Virus record (IMG/VR): IMGVR_UViG_3300039314_000292
Length of the DNA stretch: 41,845 nucleotides
Origin: a virus
Taxonomy: Duplodnaviria; Heunggongvirae; Uroviricota; Caudoviricetes
Direction: 5' to 3' (one strand)
Numbering within the stretch: position 1 is the stretch's first letter; every line of letters starts with the position of its first letter. Positions 17,901 through 27,656 of the stretch are shown here, piece after piece. The notes under the pieces are model-generated. The model saw only the letters and a list, made by a program, of their open reading frames with translations, did no database searches and was not told the DNA's origin. The position numbers and the translations under genes are program-made.

Positions 17901-20371
17901 CAGAATCCCCCAACAGTAAGGCGAGGAATAACGGCAAGAACAGACAGCGGCAACGGGTCAAGCTGACGGATTTTTACACGCCCGTTTTTGCCCCAGTTAC
18001 TGTCCAGTTTCACTTCTACTTTTCCGGTAGCATCATCAACAGGATCATCGTAGAACTCGAATTCACGCTGTGGATATTCGTACCATTTACCGCCGGGCGT
18101 AGTCGCCCAGATGCCGCGACTGGCATTCACAACCAGAGTAACGGAGGGGATCACCTGTTTTTTGTCCAGCAGCGTTTCCTGTCCGTTAATGTTGATATCC
18201 AGTGTTTCGAATTCAGCAGTTATTGGCAGGCCGATGTGCACTACAGCCCCCGGAGATTCCAGCGTGACGGCACCTCCGGAAACCACTTTCTGTGGTTCCA
18301 CGTTCGCATCAGAGAGAATGTTTACGGTCTGGCCTTCAAGATGAGACAGGCCTCCAAATGTCCGGCGCGCCATCTGCCAGTTCGTGGTGGCCACATTCCT
18401 GAGGGATGGCGGGACGTTCCTGTTAGCACGAACCACTACAGCGGTATTGCTGGTTACAGAAATAATGTCGCAACGTAATTCTTTTGACACTTCATCGCCA
18501 GTATCAGGAGCAGTTCCGGTATAAGGGAACTGTAGTTGCGCACCGACATCACTACTGGTGAAGTACGCACCACCAGAAACACTGATTGTATATTCCGCGC
18601 GGTAATCCCATTCGCCAGAACCACCAGTGATGGTCATCGTTCTGTCAGACGTATTTCTTCCATCATAGCTAAGGCCAGAATCAACAAAGAAAGCATCTTC
18701 ATCGCTGGTAAATAAACGGCTGGACAGTCTCTCGATGTATCTCACTGTTTGCCCGTTAACGGTTCTGTTAACGACGAAATACACCGCATCTTCATTGCCT
18801 TCGCTGATACTGCATGTGCTTTCATATTTTCCGGTACTGGATTGTGGTGCCCATGCAAAAACCTGCTGATCACGCAAATAGGTCATCACCAGTAATTTAC
18901 CGTCATCACGAATGCAGAAGGCACTGGAGTAAGGGACAATCGAGAAGCACCAGTCAACAATGCTGTGCTTCTGAAAAAGATGATTGGCAAGGATAGTAAG
19001 GTCGTTCCCCTGATAGCCGTCAACATCGAATGAGTAGGCCAGATCACGGACAACACTGCCTTTCTCCTGGACGAACAGAGCAATATTCGCCACGGCAATT
19101 GGTGGGACATTGCTCGAGCCATTTGATCCCTGAGAGCTGAATGCAAATGATGATGGGGTTAACACTTTGTTCTGGTCGCCGGTGATGACGTACTCACCTC
19201 CGGAAGTCAGCGCCACCAGAGAACCAACATCAATCAGGTGGCGGATCTCATTAACCTGACGCCCGGCATAGGTGTAGATAATTCTGTCGTCATCCTGCGT
19301 AGGATTGCTTTTGCCAAAATCCTTATAATCCCCGGTACGGCTGGCCCAGATAGTCTGAGGGAACGCAGTCGATGCGGCGAAGTAAAGACGCTGTTGATAA
19401 TAAACAACAGTGCCAGGATAACCATTAACACTGTTCCAGGCATATTTAGCCCATTTATAGCTGGCATTATCCTCGCCAACGACCTGCGAAGGGATATAGG
19501 AAATCACCTCAGCAGTTGCAGTAGTGCCATTTACAGCAGTTATACTGGCAATGCCAAAACCACTGTGCAGATACTCCCACTCAATGCCAGTATCATCATC
19601 ACCGGATCCGCCCCAGCCATCCCATGATGTGCCTTCTGTATGCGAAGGGCGCAAAGTACCTGTTTTGCCTGCTGTAACGGCGCGATAGTAGTTACTGTCT
19701 GCACGGCGAATATCGCCAATCGACGTACTCTTACTGGTTTCCCATACCGGCACAGAATCCACTGCAGGCTGTTCCAGATAGAACAATTTGCCTACCTGCT
19801 CCGCGCCAAAAATAGAGGCGCTTGCCGTTAACGTAATTGTCCCGGTGCTGGCGCTGGCATAAACCGTCACTGACTCGTCAATATTGATATCTTCAAATGG
19901 CCCGTTCTTCGTTACCACATCAACCAGTTGCCAGTTGTCATGCGCATAGCGACGCAACTCTTTCGGCGGGTATGCCGGATGAACCAGCGTAAGCACGTCG
20001 GCGCTTTGCGTGAATTTAATTCGGAACAGATCGGCTTCAGTATATGGCGTGGCAATTTCATAAATAACATTGCTGCTGTTCAGCACCAACGCACCATCTT
20101 TGATAACGCGCATGTACTGGTGTCCGAACTCCAGAGCATAGGTCTGAACCGTCGAGAACTGGAACGGGATCAGGCGGCATTTCCGATTTGGGTATTTGGC
20201 GGCACCGACAAAACGCGTACCAGGTCGATTCTCAACGCCGCCATACTGCCGCACGATAAAGTTATCGCACTTGCGCAATGCCACCTGGTACTTCGCCATG
20301 TCAATACGCCCGTACAACGACGGTCCAATCTCACCACCGGCAAAGCTGGGCTGGATCCAACTGATAGCCAT
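17900..20371 (-). CDS. tail tubular protein B-like (nozzle) (823 aa)
   Basis: Size and position after adaptor-like gene as in T7-type podovirus tails; assignment by synteny and memory only. Confidence 0.65.
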   Translation of the reverse strand: MAISWIQPSFAGGEIGPSLYGRIDMAKYQVALRKCDNFIVRQYGGVENRPGTRFVGAAKYPNRKCRLIPFQFSTVQTYALEFGHQYMRVIKDGALVLNSSNVIYEIATPYTEADLFRIKFTQSADVLTLVHPAYPPKELRRYAHDNWQLVDVVTKNGPFEDINIDESVTVYASASTGTITLTASASIFGAEQVGKLFYLEQPAVDSVPVWETSKSTSIGDIRRADSNYYRAVTAGKTGTLRPSHTEGTSWDGWGGSGDDDTGIEWEYLHSGFGIASITAVNGTTATAEVISYIPSQVVGEDNASYKWAKYAWNSVNGYPGTVVYYQQRLYFAASTAFPQTIWASRTGDYKDFGKSNPTQDDDRIIYTYAGRQVNEIRHLIDVGSLVALTSGGEYVITGDQNKVLTPSSFAFSSQGSNGSSNVPPIAVANIALFVQEKGSVVRDLAYSFDVDGYQGNDLTILANHLFQKHSIVDWCFSIVPYSSAFCIRDDGKLLVMTYLRDQQVFAWAPQSSTGKYESTCSISEGNEDAVYFVVNRTVNGQTVRYIERLSSRLFTSDEDAFFVDSGLSYDGRNTSDRTMTITGGSGEWDYRAEYTISVSGGAYFTSSDVGAQLQFPYTGTAPDTGDEVSKELRCDIISVTSNTAVVVRANRNVPPSLRNVATTNWQMARRTFGGLSHLEGQTVNILSDANVEPQKVVSGGAVTLESPGAVVHIGLPITAEFETLDININGQETLLDKKQVIPSVTLVVNASRGIWATTPGGKWYEYPQREFEFYDDPVDDATGKVEVKLDSNWGKNGRVKIRQLDPLPLSVLAVIPRLTVGGF

Positions 20372-20979
20372 CAGGACAACCTCGCAATGGTAAACTCATC
20401 AACCGGTGGCTGTGGTTCCTGTGATTCATTCTGGCTATGCGAGCCAGCACTAAGAATCACGCGATTGTACATATTGAGGGCAAACGTACCGAGGTCTGCA
20501 TTCCCAGTCAGCGCCATGTTAATAGCTGCCGCAAGACGCCAGGCCAACGCCTCCATAAAAATGGCATCAAACATGTTCACATCTGAAACGCGAGAGACAT
20601 ACTTGAGCCATGCCTGCGGCTGGTCTGTGTAGATCAACTTTCCTGTTCCGTTGGTGTCTGCACCAACTTCGTACTGAACGCGCATTGCTGCTGTTGGATT
20701 GCGTACACCAGGAAGCATAATTTCAGTAATGCGCAGACAATCGGACGGGTACTGGTACGCATATTCCCAGTCAGGCGGTGGATTGTTCGTATCTGCAAGC
20801 GCCACGCGTTTGGTAGCAAAGTTCCAGTCAAAATCAGAAAGCACAGCATCACGGCAGGCCTCAAAGTGCAGCGAACATTCCCCTGCTTCCTTGCTGGCTT
20901 CCGTCAGGCTGTTAATGCTGCGGCTGTTGCCAATATTGGACAGCGCACGATTACAGATCTCTACTACAGAGGCCATCAC
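20371..20979 (-). CDS. tail tubular protein A-like (adaptor) (202 aa)
   Basis: Size and synteny (T7 gp11-like position). Confidence 0.55.
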   Translation of the reverse strand: MMASVVEICNRALSNIGNSRSINSLTEASKEAGECSLHFEACRDAVLSDFDWNFATKRVALADTNNPPPDWEYAYQYPSDCLRITEIMLPGVRNPTAAMRVQYEVGADTNGTGKLIYTDQPQAWLKYVSRVSDVNMFDAIFMEALAWRLAAAINMALTGNADLGTFALNMYNRVILSAGSHSQNESQEPQPPVDEFTIARLS

Positions 20980-21299
20980 TCACCCCCGTTACCGTAGAGG
21001 GTTTCAGCCGCTGATTTTTCTACATCACCGGAAACAGGAGCGATCGCCATATCAGTGATCTGCAGATCGGCGCTGCGATTAACACCATCGTCAGTTTCTC
21101 TGGCAGACAGGCCTCGAATAACAGCTTTTGCAGTTATCATCACTTCTGTTCCGACGCCCTGAGGTTGAGCCTTCAGCTTATTCAATGTGTCGTTATTAAG
21201 AGTGATGCACAGCCCCCACGGGTATTCATCGCGAGTTCTGGTTTCTCCGCTCTCATCCTGGTAGCTGTCAGTGCCGGTTTTGAGGTTTACGAGTTCCAT
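20976..21299 (-). CDS. virion protein (about 107 aa)
   Basis: ATG at 21297..21299 with AGGAG RBS; structural operon. Confidence 0.5.
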   Translation of the reverse strand: MELVNLKTGTDSYQDESGETRTRDEYPWGLCITLNNDTLNKLKAQPQGVGTEVMITAKAVIRGLSARETDDGVNRSADLQITDMAIAPVSGDVEKSAAETLYGNGGE

Positions 21300-21315
21300 A
21301 TACACTCCTGCAATA

Positions 21316-21333
21316 AAGGGGCCGAAGCCCCTT
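21316..21333 (-). terminator. intra-operon hairpin (possible attenuator)
   Basis: GGGGC-CGAA-GCCCC stem with flanking A/T; weak T-tract on minus strand. Confidence 0.35.
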
Positions 21334-21349
21334 GTCGGATTCGCGAGGC

Positions 21350-21694
21350 TTACACGCCTAGTTCTTTACGCTTATCTGCGATCTTCTCGCGGAGCGTTTC
21401 GGCTTTAGCGTTATGGTGTGGCTTCTCGTTAAAGAGCAATTCGTACTCTTCACGGAGCTTATCCAGTTCACCATCATCTGACACATCGTTGATGATTTTG
21501 GTGCTGGTTGCTGCCATTGACACCTTTCCTGCAACTTTTGCTTTTGCCTGTCTGGCTGCATCGTTAACAGGTTCCAGTGCGCTACCAGGCTCACCTTCGT
21601 ATTCGATTTCTGCCCCCTCCGGCCACAGAGTGTTATGGATATGAGAGAGGCGCAGAACGAGGTATCTTGGTTTCTCACCTGACATCGATATCAC
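21350..21694 (-). CDS. virion protein (114 aa)
   Basis: Structural operon; charged small protein. Confidence 0.5.
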   Translation of the reverse strand: MISMSGEKPRYLVLRLSHIHNTLWPEGAEIEYEGEPGSALEPVNDAARQAKAKVAGKVSMAATSTKIINDVSDDGELDKLREEYELLFNEKPHHNAKAETLREKIADKRKELGV

Positions 21695-21695
21695 C

Positions 21696-22133
21696 TTAAC
21701 CAGTTACTTTTGAGCGGATCGGATACGGCGTATTGGCATCAACATCAAGACTGATACCAGCAGTGAATTCGCCAGCCGTTAGTGGGCCAGTTGCGACGGA
21801 GTAGTTAACACGCAGATATCGCTGAACACCGGCAGGCACCTTTGCAGAAACAACTCGTTTACCTGCTGTCAGGGCGGTCTTTGCCAGTGCGCCACTATCA
21901 TAAATAGTGGTCCATGAGCTGTTATTTTCACTCGTCTGCAACTGGATGTTTACAGTTGCATCACCGCTTGCCGCGGCGGCTGTGTTAACCAGCGCCCAAA
22001 ACTCAAGCGGGTAACCAACGCCGATATCACGACGTTTTCCGTCAATTGGACCGAGATCGATTACGTCAGTAGAAGCCGCGGTATCAGTTACCGCCTGTGC
22101 TTCGGAGAACATCAACAGTTTGTCGGTGATCAT
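21696..22133 (-). CDS. capsid-associated protein, possibly decoration protein (145 aa)
   Basis: Immediately downstream of major capsid gene; GGAG RBS. Confidence 0.5.
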   Translation of the reverse strand: MITDKLLMFSEAQAVTDTAASTDVIDLGPIDGKRRDIGVGYPLEFWALVNTAAAASGDATVNIQLQTSENNSSWTTIYDSGALAKTALTAGKRVVSAKVPAGVQRYLRVNYSVATGPLTAGEFTAGISLDVDANTPYPIRSKVTG

Positions 22134-22184
22134 CTTCTTTCTCCATTAGTGGGTCTGTTACGACCCACAGGTTAATAACAGGCG

Positions 22185-23177
22185 TTACACCACGCGGGCT
22201 TCTGTTTCCAGAAGCGCATCAGTTTCACGGATTGGTACACCACGGAATGAAGTCCACCACTCGCCTTCTGTCTCTTTTACGCTGATAGCCAGAGATGTTT
22301 TCTCCAGAGACTGCAGATCAAGAGCCTGGCCTACAGTGCGGTTCATGTAGAACACCGGGCGGCCCATGCCACGGTTTGGAATGCGATGTAGTGCTTTAAC
22401 CATCAACTTCGCAATATTTGCGGCAGAGGATGGTTCTGAAAGATTGCTGACATCGATGTTTGCAATGCGAACAACATAACGCCAGTCACGCAGAGCAAGT
22501 CCGTTATCCCATTTGTAATGGGTGCGATAGCCTTCGTACTTGCCGCCATTAGCATCTTCCAGTGTCACCTGGCCTTTATCTTCCATCTGGATGCCAGCCT
22601 TCTGCCCTTTCGGGAAGATGCCATGCACGGTGTTTTCGCCCCACACCACTAACCAGATTGAGGTGTTATCTGTACCCGTGCCACCAGCATCAATGATGTT
22701 CTGAGCATTACCCGCAGACAGGCTGGAATAGCGGGAGGACAGTCCCATAAACTGCTGAGGGTTAACGCTGGAATCACCATAAAACAGCGTCTGCGCCATC
22801 TGCTGATTCATCGCTTCAATAAATGCGCGGTCTTCAGAAAGGCGGAATTCGGCGGTATTGCCGTTCAGATCAGCCAGTGACTTATCGACTTCCGCATAGG
22901 TTTCCAGCATGCCAACGGAATCGGTTACCTGCACTGTGGTTGATTTGCTTGGCTGTACGCCATAGTTCAGCAAACGCCAGGTAGCTGAAGGTAAACCAGA
23001 ACGAATGGTGGTTCGGTGTCCGGTAGGAAGGTTCCCTTCGACAAAAGGCATATCCTGAAGGATCGGGTTAGTTTGACCGAGAAGCTCGATAATCTTATCG
23101 ACTTTCCCGTTTGGATCGACGCGCTTACCCCAGTCAGCCAGCGTTAGCGCAGTTAAGCCTTTAACAGCCATTGTCAT
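22185..23177 (-). CDS. major capsid protein (330 aa)
   Basis: Follows scaffold-like gene and portal; size typical of T7/epsilon15-type capsid proteins; stem-loop GTGGGTC-N6-GACCCAC just downstream. Confidence 0.8.
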   Translation of the reverse strand: MTMAVKGLTALTLADWGKRVDPNGKVDKIIELLGQTNPILQDMPFVEGNLPTGHRTTIRSGLPSATWRLLNYGVQPSKSTTVQVTDSVGMLETYAEVDKSLADLNGNTAEFRLSEDRAFIEAMNQQMAQTLFYGDSSVNPQQFMGLSSRYSSLSAGNAQNIIDAGGTGTDNTSIWLVVWGENTVHGIFPKGQKAGIQMEDKGQVTLEDANGGKYEGYRTHYKWDNGLALRDWRYVVRIANIDVSNLSEPSSAANIAKLMVKALHRIPNRGMGRPVFYMNRTVGQALDLQSLEKTSLAISVKETEGEWWTSFRGVPIRETDALLETEARVV

Positions 23178-23185
23178 TTCCTCTC

Positions 23186-23887
23186 TTATTTGCCATAGAG
23201 CACTTCGGCCGCACTACGCTGGCCTTCATTACCACCGGTGACCATGCCATCTTCAGACATCGCCTTTCCGATTTTCACGAACGTTTTGACCAGATCAGGG
23301 TGATTACCCAGCCCGGTGGTGTTCAGATATTCTTTGAGTTCAGGTGTCCCGAACTGGTCAAGCGCACGCTGTGCGGCGCTAAGGTTAGAAATCAACTTGT
23401 CGCCACCGATTTCTTTGTCGGCTTTTACATCCGCAGCCCACTGCTCGGTTGTTTTCTGCCAGGCTTCTGCCTGGCGCTGCTGAACACCTGCCAGAATCTT
23501 CGGATAAGCATCAACCAGCTTTTGCGCTTGCTCGTTGGTCAGGTTTAGTTCTCGCGCCACCGGCTCGAATTCCTTCAACGCTTCTGTATCCAGCTCTACG
23601 CCTTCGGCAGCCTGAAACTCGTACTTTTCTGGCGCACCCTCTGGTTTATCGCCGTCCTTTTTTTCATCCTGCTTATCGTTTTCAGGCTTTTTGTCATCAG
23701 CAGGTTTATCGCCATCAGCAACAGGTTGTGGCTTATCACCTTCCTGTTGTGATGGATCACCAACTGGAGCAGGGTTATCACCTGCAGGCGCTGACGGTTC
23801 TGACGCAGCCGGAGCTGCTCCACCATCGACTGGTTGCTCATTGCAAAGACGGCGATACAGCAAACGCTCAAATAAATTCATGATCAC
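23186..23887 (-). CDS. scaffolding protein (233 aa)
   Basis: Acidic, Pro/Ala/Asp/Lys-rich low-complexity N-terminal half, between portal and capsid genes. Confidence 0.6.
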   Translation of the reverse strand: MIMNLFERLLYRRLCNEQPVDGGAAPAASEPSAPAGDNPAPVGDPSQQEGDKPQPVADGDKPADDKKPENDKQDEKKDGDKPEGAPEKYEFQAAEGVELDTEALKEFEPVARELNLTNEQAQKLVDAYPKILAGVQQRQAEAWQKTTEQWAADVKADKEIGGDKLISNLSAAQRALDQFGTPELKEYLNTTGLGNHPDLVKTFVKIGKAMSEDGMVTGGNEGQRSAAEVLYGK

Positions 23888-24180
23888 TCCTGTTCACTGG
23901 CCTCTTTGGCCATCTTCAAATACTGTTCAGGGCAATGCGCCATAACGCGCTGAAACAGTTCCAGCGCCAGATTGCGTTGCCCCTCATTAAATGCCATTGC
24001 CATAGCGTCTATCGGTGAGATAGCGGAAAACACACGGCCTTTCTCCAGCACCGACCAGACAACGCGACGCCCCTGTTCACTGCTCATGACAAAGCAAATG
24101 TCATCAATTTCACGCTGTGCCATGTCACGTTGCTTACGGGCGTTTTCTTCTTTCAGTTGATCGTCTTCGTAATCTGTCAT
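23884..24180 (-). CDS. small head-morphogenesis-associated protein (98 aa)
   Basis: Coupled (ATGA) between portal and scaffold genes. Confidence 0.5.
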   Translation of the reverse strand: MTDYEDDQLKEENARKQRDMAQREIDDICFVMSSEQGRRVVWSVLEKGRVFSAISPIDAMAMAFNEGQRNLALELFQRVMAHCPEQYLKMAKEASEQE

Positions 24181-25856
24181 TGTGATTGCCCACCCTGACC
24201 ACTAACTGCATTCGCCATAGCTGACAAAACACTCGGATCCGAAGTTTTAGCTTCGCTTAGCGTCTTGGCACCCTGTGCCGCCGCCATCCCCATCGCCATC
24301 ATTTGTTGCTGCTGTTGTTGCTGTGCCCGTTGCTGGCGAGCCTGCTCAACCTGTTCCTGCGGAACAATGACGGTTGGAGACACTCCGGACATATCAGCGA
24401 ATGCATCGATCGCCTGATCAACGTTGAGTTTGTCGAGAGCTTCTGGTTTCGCTTGCGCAAGTTGACCAATGAAGTTGACCGTAGACGCCAGACTGGACAG
24501 GCCGATAGACTTCTGCGCCTGAGCCATGACGGAAATGTATTCGACCTTCAGGGGCATACCTTCCATCGCGTCAGGCGGTGGCGGCAGCATGTTTTTACGC
24601 ACCATCATCGAGAAAGCGCGATCAATGAGAGGATTAAGACATTCGTCGTTCAGACGCTCCAGAACCGGCCCCAACATCAGAAGTTTTTCTTCTTTCATTT
24701 CGATCACCGCTTCAACAGGCATCGAGCGGGTATTGATGTTCTGCAACATCATGAACAGATCGACAAAGTAGGCGCTGTTAATGATTTGACGGGTGTCCTG
24801 AATGTCTGCCACCAAATCTGCTGTACTGGGGTTAACCAGATAAGCAGGCCTGAAACCATCCTGACCAGTAATCTGATCGATATACGTGATGTCGCCAGGA
24901 AGAAGGGAGGCACGCTGATTCTTGAGGGAAGTCGGAGCAACCATCGGCGGATTGGTGGCTTTATCAATCAACTGCGACTTGCGCTGCTGGAGAAGCTGCA
25001 ATGCCTTAACAGGTCCAAGCGCCAGCATACCCGGGCATGATGATCCATAAACATCTTCGCCGTTAACTTCCCAGCGCGGAGCCATAATTGGAAACTCATC
25101 GAATCCGGACTCACGCAACAACTTGTCGTTATCGCCACCAACCTCGTAATAAACCGATTTGAATGGCTTGTTCTTGCTATCCAGCTTCGATGTATCGCGG
25201 TCAATGTTCGGGTAAACCGAATGCATCACTTCAATCCACTTCTCGTAGGTTCCGCTTTCCCACATGCTTTTTACGGATTCGCTGACGTTATTTAGCCCGA
25301 ACTCCTGAACAAGCTGACGAACAGTCATAGAGAACTTGCGAAAACAGGTGTCCACACTGCCACGAGGTGAGTTAGCCAGGTAGTAACTGCCTATCGGGAA
25401 TGGCATTGTGCGAATGATGTCCTCGTCATCCTCCAGCACTGCCATTGCACCAGTGCTGTATGTGCCGAGGCTTCCGTATAACTGCGGCAGCGACTGATAG
25501 AGATTCGAATTATTGAACATATCGTTCATGCGGTTCTGCACCGCCTCAAGCCACAACTTAACAGGGCCATAATCCATCATTTCAGGATCTGGCGTAGCCA
25601 GGCGAAACCACGGACGCGCGGGGCTTGTGATGCCTGACATCATGCCGCTGGCGAGAGTGCGCGCTGCCATAGTCCCGGTCGAATCAATAATACGTGTATT
25701 GCGTCGATCGTTACGGTTGACCTCAGAAGTCAGAAAGCGGGAACCACGCGGGTTGATGTAATCACTCAACTCGCGCCAGTGCGGCTCGAACGACTGACGC
25801 TCGCTTTCAAGTTGTGCGAACTGTTTGTTCAATCGCTCTTTAGTTGTTTCCGCCAT
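24177..25856 (-). CDS. portal (head-to-tail connector) protein (559 aa)
   Basis: Size and C-terminal Gln/Ala/Met-rich tail (QQQQQQMMAMGMAAAQGA) resembling T7 gp8-type connectors (memory). Confidence 0.85.
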   Translation of the reverse strand: MAETTKERLNKQFAQLESERQSFEPHWRELSDYINPRGSRFLTSEVNRNDRRNTRIIDSTGTMAARTLASGMMSGITSPARPWFRLATPDPEMMDYGPVKLWLEAVQNRMNDMFNNSNLYQSLPQLYGSLGTYSTGAMAVLEDDEDIIRTMPFPIGSYYLANSPRGSVDTCFRKFSMTVRQLVQEFGLNNVSESVKSMWESGTYEKWIEVMHSVYPNIDRDTSKLDSKNKPFKSVYYEVGGDNDKLLRESGFDEFPIMAPRWEVNGEDVYGSSCPGMLALGPVKALQLLQQRKSQLIDKATNPPMVAPTSLKNQRASLLPGDITYIDQITGQDGFRPAYLVNPSTADLVADIQDTRQIINSAYFVDLFMMLQNINTRSMPVEAVIEMKEEKLLMLGPVLERLNDECLNPLIDRAFSMMVRKNMLPPPPDAMEGMPLKVEYISVMAQAQKSIGLSSLASTVNFIGQLAQAKPEALDKLNVDQAIDAFADMSGVSPTVIVPQEQVEQARQQRAQQQQQQQMMAMGMAAAQGAKTLSEAKTSDPSVLSAMANAVSGQGGQSQ

Positions 25857-25870
25857 TTCAATGACTCCGG

Positions 25871-26077
25871 TTACTGACCAAGCAGCGTTTTACCGCTGGT
25901 ATTAGCGGTTGATGTGTCGCCCTGAGAACCGGTAAGCAGCGTAGAACTACGACCAGCAGCAGCGCGACGGCGACGAGTTTCTTCGTCGCGGGCATCAACA
26001 ACGGCGGCATCCTGCTCCTGTGGTGCTGCCTGAACTTCTGGTGTTGCAGGCACTGATGGTGAGCTACCCATGCACAT
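25871..26077 (-). CDS. small protein upstream of portal (68 aa)
   Basis: GGAGTC RBS 8 nt upstream of ATG; Ala/Pro/charged composition. Confidence 0.45.
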   Translation of the reverse strand: MCMGSSPSVPATPEVQAAPQEQDAAVVDARDEETRRRRAAAGRSSTLLTGSQGDTSTANTSGKTLLGQ

Positions 26078-26145
26078 ATCAATGACTCCGTACGCAATTA
26101 AATTATTACCAATTTAACCACATATGATTTATTTATCGTAGATAC

Positions 26146-26182
26146 TTGACATTTAACGCACTAATTATTACCTTTCAGGTAA
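26146..26182 (+). promoter_or_regulatory. putative promoter (TTGACA -35) overlapped by perfect TTACC-N5-GGTAA operator, facing the tRNA
   Basis: TTGACA at 26146..26151; operator TTACCTTTCAGGTAA at 26168..26182 overlaps the -10 position. Confidence 0.45.
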
Positions 26183-26504
26183 GCAAAGAGTTCATTCCGG
26201 TTATTAACCTGACTGGCTTGTCGTTAAATTGAACAGGTGGGGTGAGCTTTTATTTTGAGCAGTACGGTGTATGGCACATGCGCCGATAGCGGTCTGGATA
26301 CGTTTAAGGGGCACCCTCCCTTGCTCGGGCAAACGAACCAGGTAGCCGGAATGTGCAAGTCGAGCGGTTTTATTCCGCGCACGGGGATTCACCATCCCGG
26401 CGATTCGGTGTGACGCCTCGGAAGAGACGAGGGTACAACGATGAGAGCATTTATGGAGCCGCGACAAAGTGTGGCGCCTTAACAGGCTAAGTGCTCTCAG
26501 CGTT

Positions 26505-26581
26505 GTGGCATTAGCTCAGTTGGACAGAGCAACCGCCTTCTAAGCGGTTGGTCGCAGGTTCGAATACTGCATGCCACGCCA
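26505..26581 (+). tRNA. tRNA-Arg (anticodon UCU), phage-encoded
   Basis: Cloverleaf readable by eye: 7-bp acceptor GTGGCAT/ATGCCAC, D-stem GCTC/GAGC, anticodon stem ACCGC/GCGGT with loop CTTCTAA, T-loop TTCGAAT, 3' GCCA; one T-stem mismatch (G53-A61). Resembles argU (memory). Confidence 0.85.
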
Positions 26582-26624
26582 GAATCACGCCTAAGGACCG
26601 TGATGCCAGAAGTTCCAGGTGCTT

Positions 26625-26668
26625 GGCGGTGATGGTTTCCCTTGAAGGACTATCACCGCCCTTTTTAC
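26625..26668 (+). terminator. rho-independent terminator after tRNA
   Basis: GGCGGTGAT...ATCACCGCC stem followed by CTTTTTAC. Confidence 0.6.
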
Positions 26669-26744
26669 AGCAGGACGCCATTGCGATGACTTCATGCTGT
26701 AAACCAGTACAGCCACGGAAGGCATAACTCATTGCTTCCAGTTC

Positions 26745-26769
26745 GCCCGGTTCGTCCGGGCATTTTTTT
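26745..26769 (+). terminator. second rho-independent terminator
   Basis: GCCCGG-TTCGT-CCGGGC followed by ATTTTTTT. Confidence 0.6.
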
Positions 26770-26785
26770 GCCTGATGACCACAAA

Positions 26786-26803
26786 TTACCTTAAAGGTAT
26801 AAT
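26786..26803 (+). promoter_or_regulatory. operator-like site overlapping a TATAAT -10 element of the moron promoter
   Basis: TTACCTTAAAGGTAT (26786..26800) with TATAAT at 26798..26803. Confidence 0.5.
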
Positions 26804-26804
26804 C

Positions 26805-27653
26805 ATGAAAAACTTTAAGGTAATTAGTATGTTCGAATCGTTCAAAGAGCTGTTTTCATCTACTGCCAATACTGCCGTGCATCGAGCTAAAAACCCTGTG
26901 CTTGGTGCTTTTGTTATGTCTTGGTGCGCCTTCAACTGGAAATCACTTCTTTATCTATTTTTTAGCAAATCAAATATAATAGATAAAATTTCATACATCT
27001 CAGATAACAGCACATGGAAAACTGTTATGTTTTATCCATGCTTATCTGTAATTACTATCTGCTGCCTATTACCATGGGTAAACAATATCATTAACGTATG
27101 GCAAGCAAAGCCTCTTGATAATAATGACTCAATCGAAAACCACCGGAAGGCAAGAAAAATACAACGTGAAACACGGCTACAGAGATTGCTGGCTAAAAAA
27201 GACATTACTTACGAAAAAGTAAAAACAGGCGCTGAAAAAAACATTCAAGACATGAAAGAGGAAATAATTCTTTCAAAAGACAGAATGGGACAACTCACAT
27301 CTGAATTGAAAGAGAGGGAGACAGAACTGCGCGCAGCACAAGCTCGTATTTTAGAATTATCTAAGGTTATTGATGAAACAACATCTAAACTAGAAAATCT
27401 AGAAAAAACTCACAAAAATTTAAAAAACGAATATGAGTCCTATAAGAAAAACATTCCTTTGGCAACAAATAATACAATTGCTAATGGGCTTGCAGGTCTA
27501 AAATCATTACAAGACTTTAATGAGTCCGTAAAGAAACTTGGCGTTACTGGAATTAACAATCCAGAAATCAGTACATTATTGAATAATCCTCTAGTAAATA
27601 TAAATGGTGATTTAAATTCCACCTATCAAAGAAAATCAAAAACACAAAAGTAA
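26805..27653 (+). CDS. low-GC membrane protein with two TM helices and long coiled-coil domain (282 aa); candidate abortive-infection/exclusion protein
   Basis: Strongly AT-rich; antisense to the late operon between terminase and portal; TM segments then K/E/L-rich heptad-like region. Start at 26805 or 26829 (promoter geometry favours 26829). Confidence 0.7.
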   Translation: MKNFKVISMFESFKELFSSTANTAVHRAKNPVLGAFVMSWCAFNWKSLLYLFFSKSNIIDKISYISDNSTWKTVMFYPCLSVITICCLLPWVNNIINVWQAKPLDNNDSIENHRKARKIQRETRLQRLLAKKDITYEKVKTGAEKNIQDMKEEIILSKDRMGQLTSELKERETELRAAQARILELSKVIDETTSKLENLEKTHKNLKNEYESYKKNIPLATNNTIANGLAGLKSLQDFNESVKKLGVTGINNPEISTLLNNPLVNINGDLNSTYQRKSKTQK

Positions 27654-27656
27654 AAA

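Noticed and set aside
26204-26732. Minus-strand ORFs 26204..26467 and 26511..26732
   Set aside because: They overlap the tRNA and its leader/terminators antisense; TTG start, no RBS; most likely non-coding.
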